From an uncultured Acidimicrobiales bacterium (lineage in GTDB: Bacteria; Actinomycetota; Acidimicrobiia; Acidimicrobiales; CATQHL01): a stretch of 64,000 nt of DNA. The position numbers and the translations under genes are program-made. The stretch lies in NCBI GenBank assembly GCA_958295925.1, contig CATQHL010000001.1, forward strand, positions 1,249,753 through 1,313,752. Direction: 5' to 3'. The notes below the pieces were generated by a model. The model did no database searches and was not told where the DNA came from. It worked only from the letters and a program-made list of their open reading frames with translations. How positions within the stretch are numbered: position 1 is the first letter of the stretch; every line of letters begins with the position of its first letter. This document shows, one piece after another, positions 63,022-64,000 of this stretch.

Positions 63022-63701
63022 GCAGCCTGCCGGGCATGGCGCGACATTTCATAGTTGCAAGCCCATCTGACATCTTCAACCGACAATCCGAATTGATCGG
63101 CCACGTCGGCGTCTTCTTCACCTCCGTCAATGTGCTCCCAAATAACGGCAGTGCTGATTCCCTTGATTGCCGGATGTCCAAATCGATACGTTGGCCTGCA
63201 TCTGACTGGCGATTCTTTATCGCCATGAGGTCGCCAAGCAATGGCAAGATCGTTTTCCCAATCAACCCGCTCGTAGAACTCCTTGGCTGCTGGAGCCAGC
63301 ACCAACTGGCCGCTTGTATAGGCGATGAGCCAAAGTTCGTCTGGGAGACCTAATTCATCTTGAATCTCCACTACAAGTTGACGGCCCGCACCTATCCAAG
63401 GTTTACTATGGGCCAGAGGATATAGAACCCCTTCTTGATCACGAAGTTTTGCAATAAATTTTCGAATCTCCGAAAGTGGAACACGCTCTTTCTTGCGATA
63501 TTGACAGAGAAGCGCCGCCTCCACGAATTCGCCCCAGGTGACCTCTTCGCTGCCGGTCGGCTCTACACGTATCAAGGGCTGCGAACGGCCCGGACCGCCT
63601 TCCAGCCAGCGTCGCAACGTGGGCGCCGAAACCTCCAGGATTTCGGCCGCTGTCACCACTGAATAAACCGGCCTGTGCAACAGCGTCACGTTCACGCTCA
63701 C
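63018..63701 (-). CDS. HTH plus DUF433 antitoxin-like protein (VapB45-type)
   Basis: YSVVTAAEILEVSAPTLRRW; PTYRFGHPAIKGIST...VADQFGLSVEDVRWA. Confidence 0.8.
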   Translation of the reverse strand: MSVNVTLLHRPVYSVVTAAEILEVSAPTLRRWLEGGPGRSQPLIRVEPTGSEEVTWGEFVEAALLCQYRKKERVPLSEIRKFIAKLRDQEGVLYPLAHSKPWIGAGRQLVVEIQDELGLPDELWLIAYTSGQLVLAPAAKEFYERVDWENDLAIAWRPHGDKESPVRCRPTYRFGHPAIKGISTAVIWEHIDGGEEDADVADQFGLSVEDVRWACNYEMSRHARQAA

Positions 63702-63789
63702 ATTCTGACCTCTGTCCGTTGCTTCCTGTCGTCAAACCAGAAAGGGCTCACCTCGCCGACAACTGCCAAGCCCTCCTGGCTCGCCGCTC

Positions 63790-64000
63790 TCAGGCTGACT
63801 CGGCCAGTACCTCCCTGGCGACCTCCTCGGCAGCGGTAATCGTGGCGGAGATGTCGGCGTCGGTGTGGGAAGTACTCAGGAATACCGCTTCATACGGCCC
63901 TGGTGCGAACGCCACTCCCCGCTGCAGCATCCCATGGAAGAAGCGGGGATACGTCCCGTTAGAGGCGACGGCCTGCGCCTCGTCGAAGTTGCGGGGGGGA
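63790..64000 (-). CDS. hemL: Glutamate-1-semialdehyde aminomutase, 3' end
   Basis: Manual translation PRNFDEAQ...YPRFFHGMLQRGVAFAPGPYEAVFLSTSHTDADI. Confidence 0.88.
   Translation of the reverse strand, partial: PPRNFDEAQAVASNGTYPRFFHGMLQRGVAFAPGPYEAVFLSTSHTDADISATITAAEEVAREVLAESA

Overview
High-GC window from an actinobacterium; Acidimicrobiia-like, inferred from gene content only. It is dominated by respiration. There is an 11-gene complex I-like operon lacking nuoEFG (9638-20463), followed by a MidA/NDUFAF7 methyltransferase. There is also a full 14-gene nuoA-N operon (35599-50868), directly downstream of a split (b6-type) Rieske/cytochrome b cluster containing a 2x[4Fe-4S] ferredoxin, c-type cytochromes and two unknown membrane proteins, with a Rex/CRP-like operator upstream. 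Accessory DNA includes: (i) a tandem pair of Fn3/metallopeptidase lipoprotein genes with a near-identical 1.57 kb block, a swapped variable segment and striking GT-to-CA strand polarity, plus a decayed third relative at ~32.5 kb; (ii) a defence island with Type III res, DUF1828, a mod gene frameshifted at a C10 tract, recQ and an RloC-like ATPase; (iii) a deleted orphan DNA methyltransferase; (iv) a DUF433/PIN pair with an orphan methyltransferase. Housekeeping genes: acs, trpB2, an amino-acid binding protein, a geranylgeranyl reductase, metY, a CoA-binding protein and hemL. No rRNA, tRNA, CRISPR array, transposase, integrase or reverse transcriptase was recognised. All family calls come from motif reading, not database searches.
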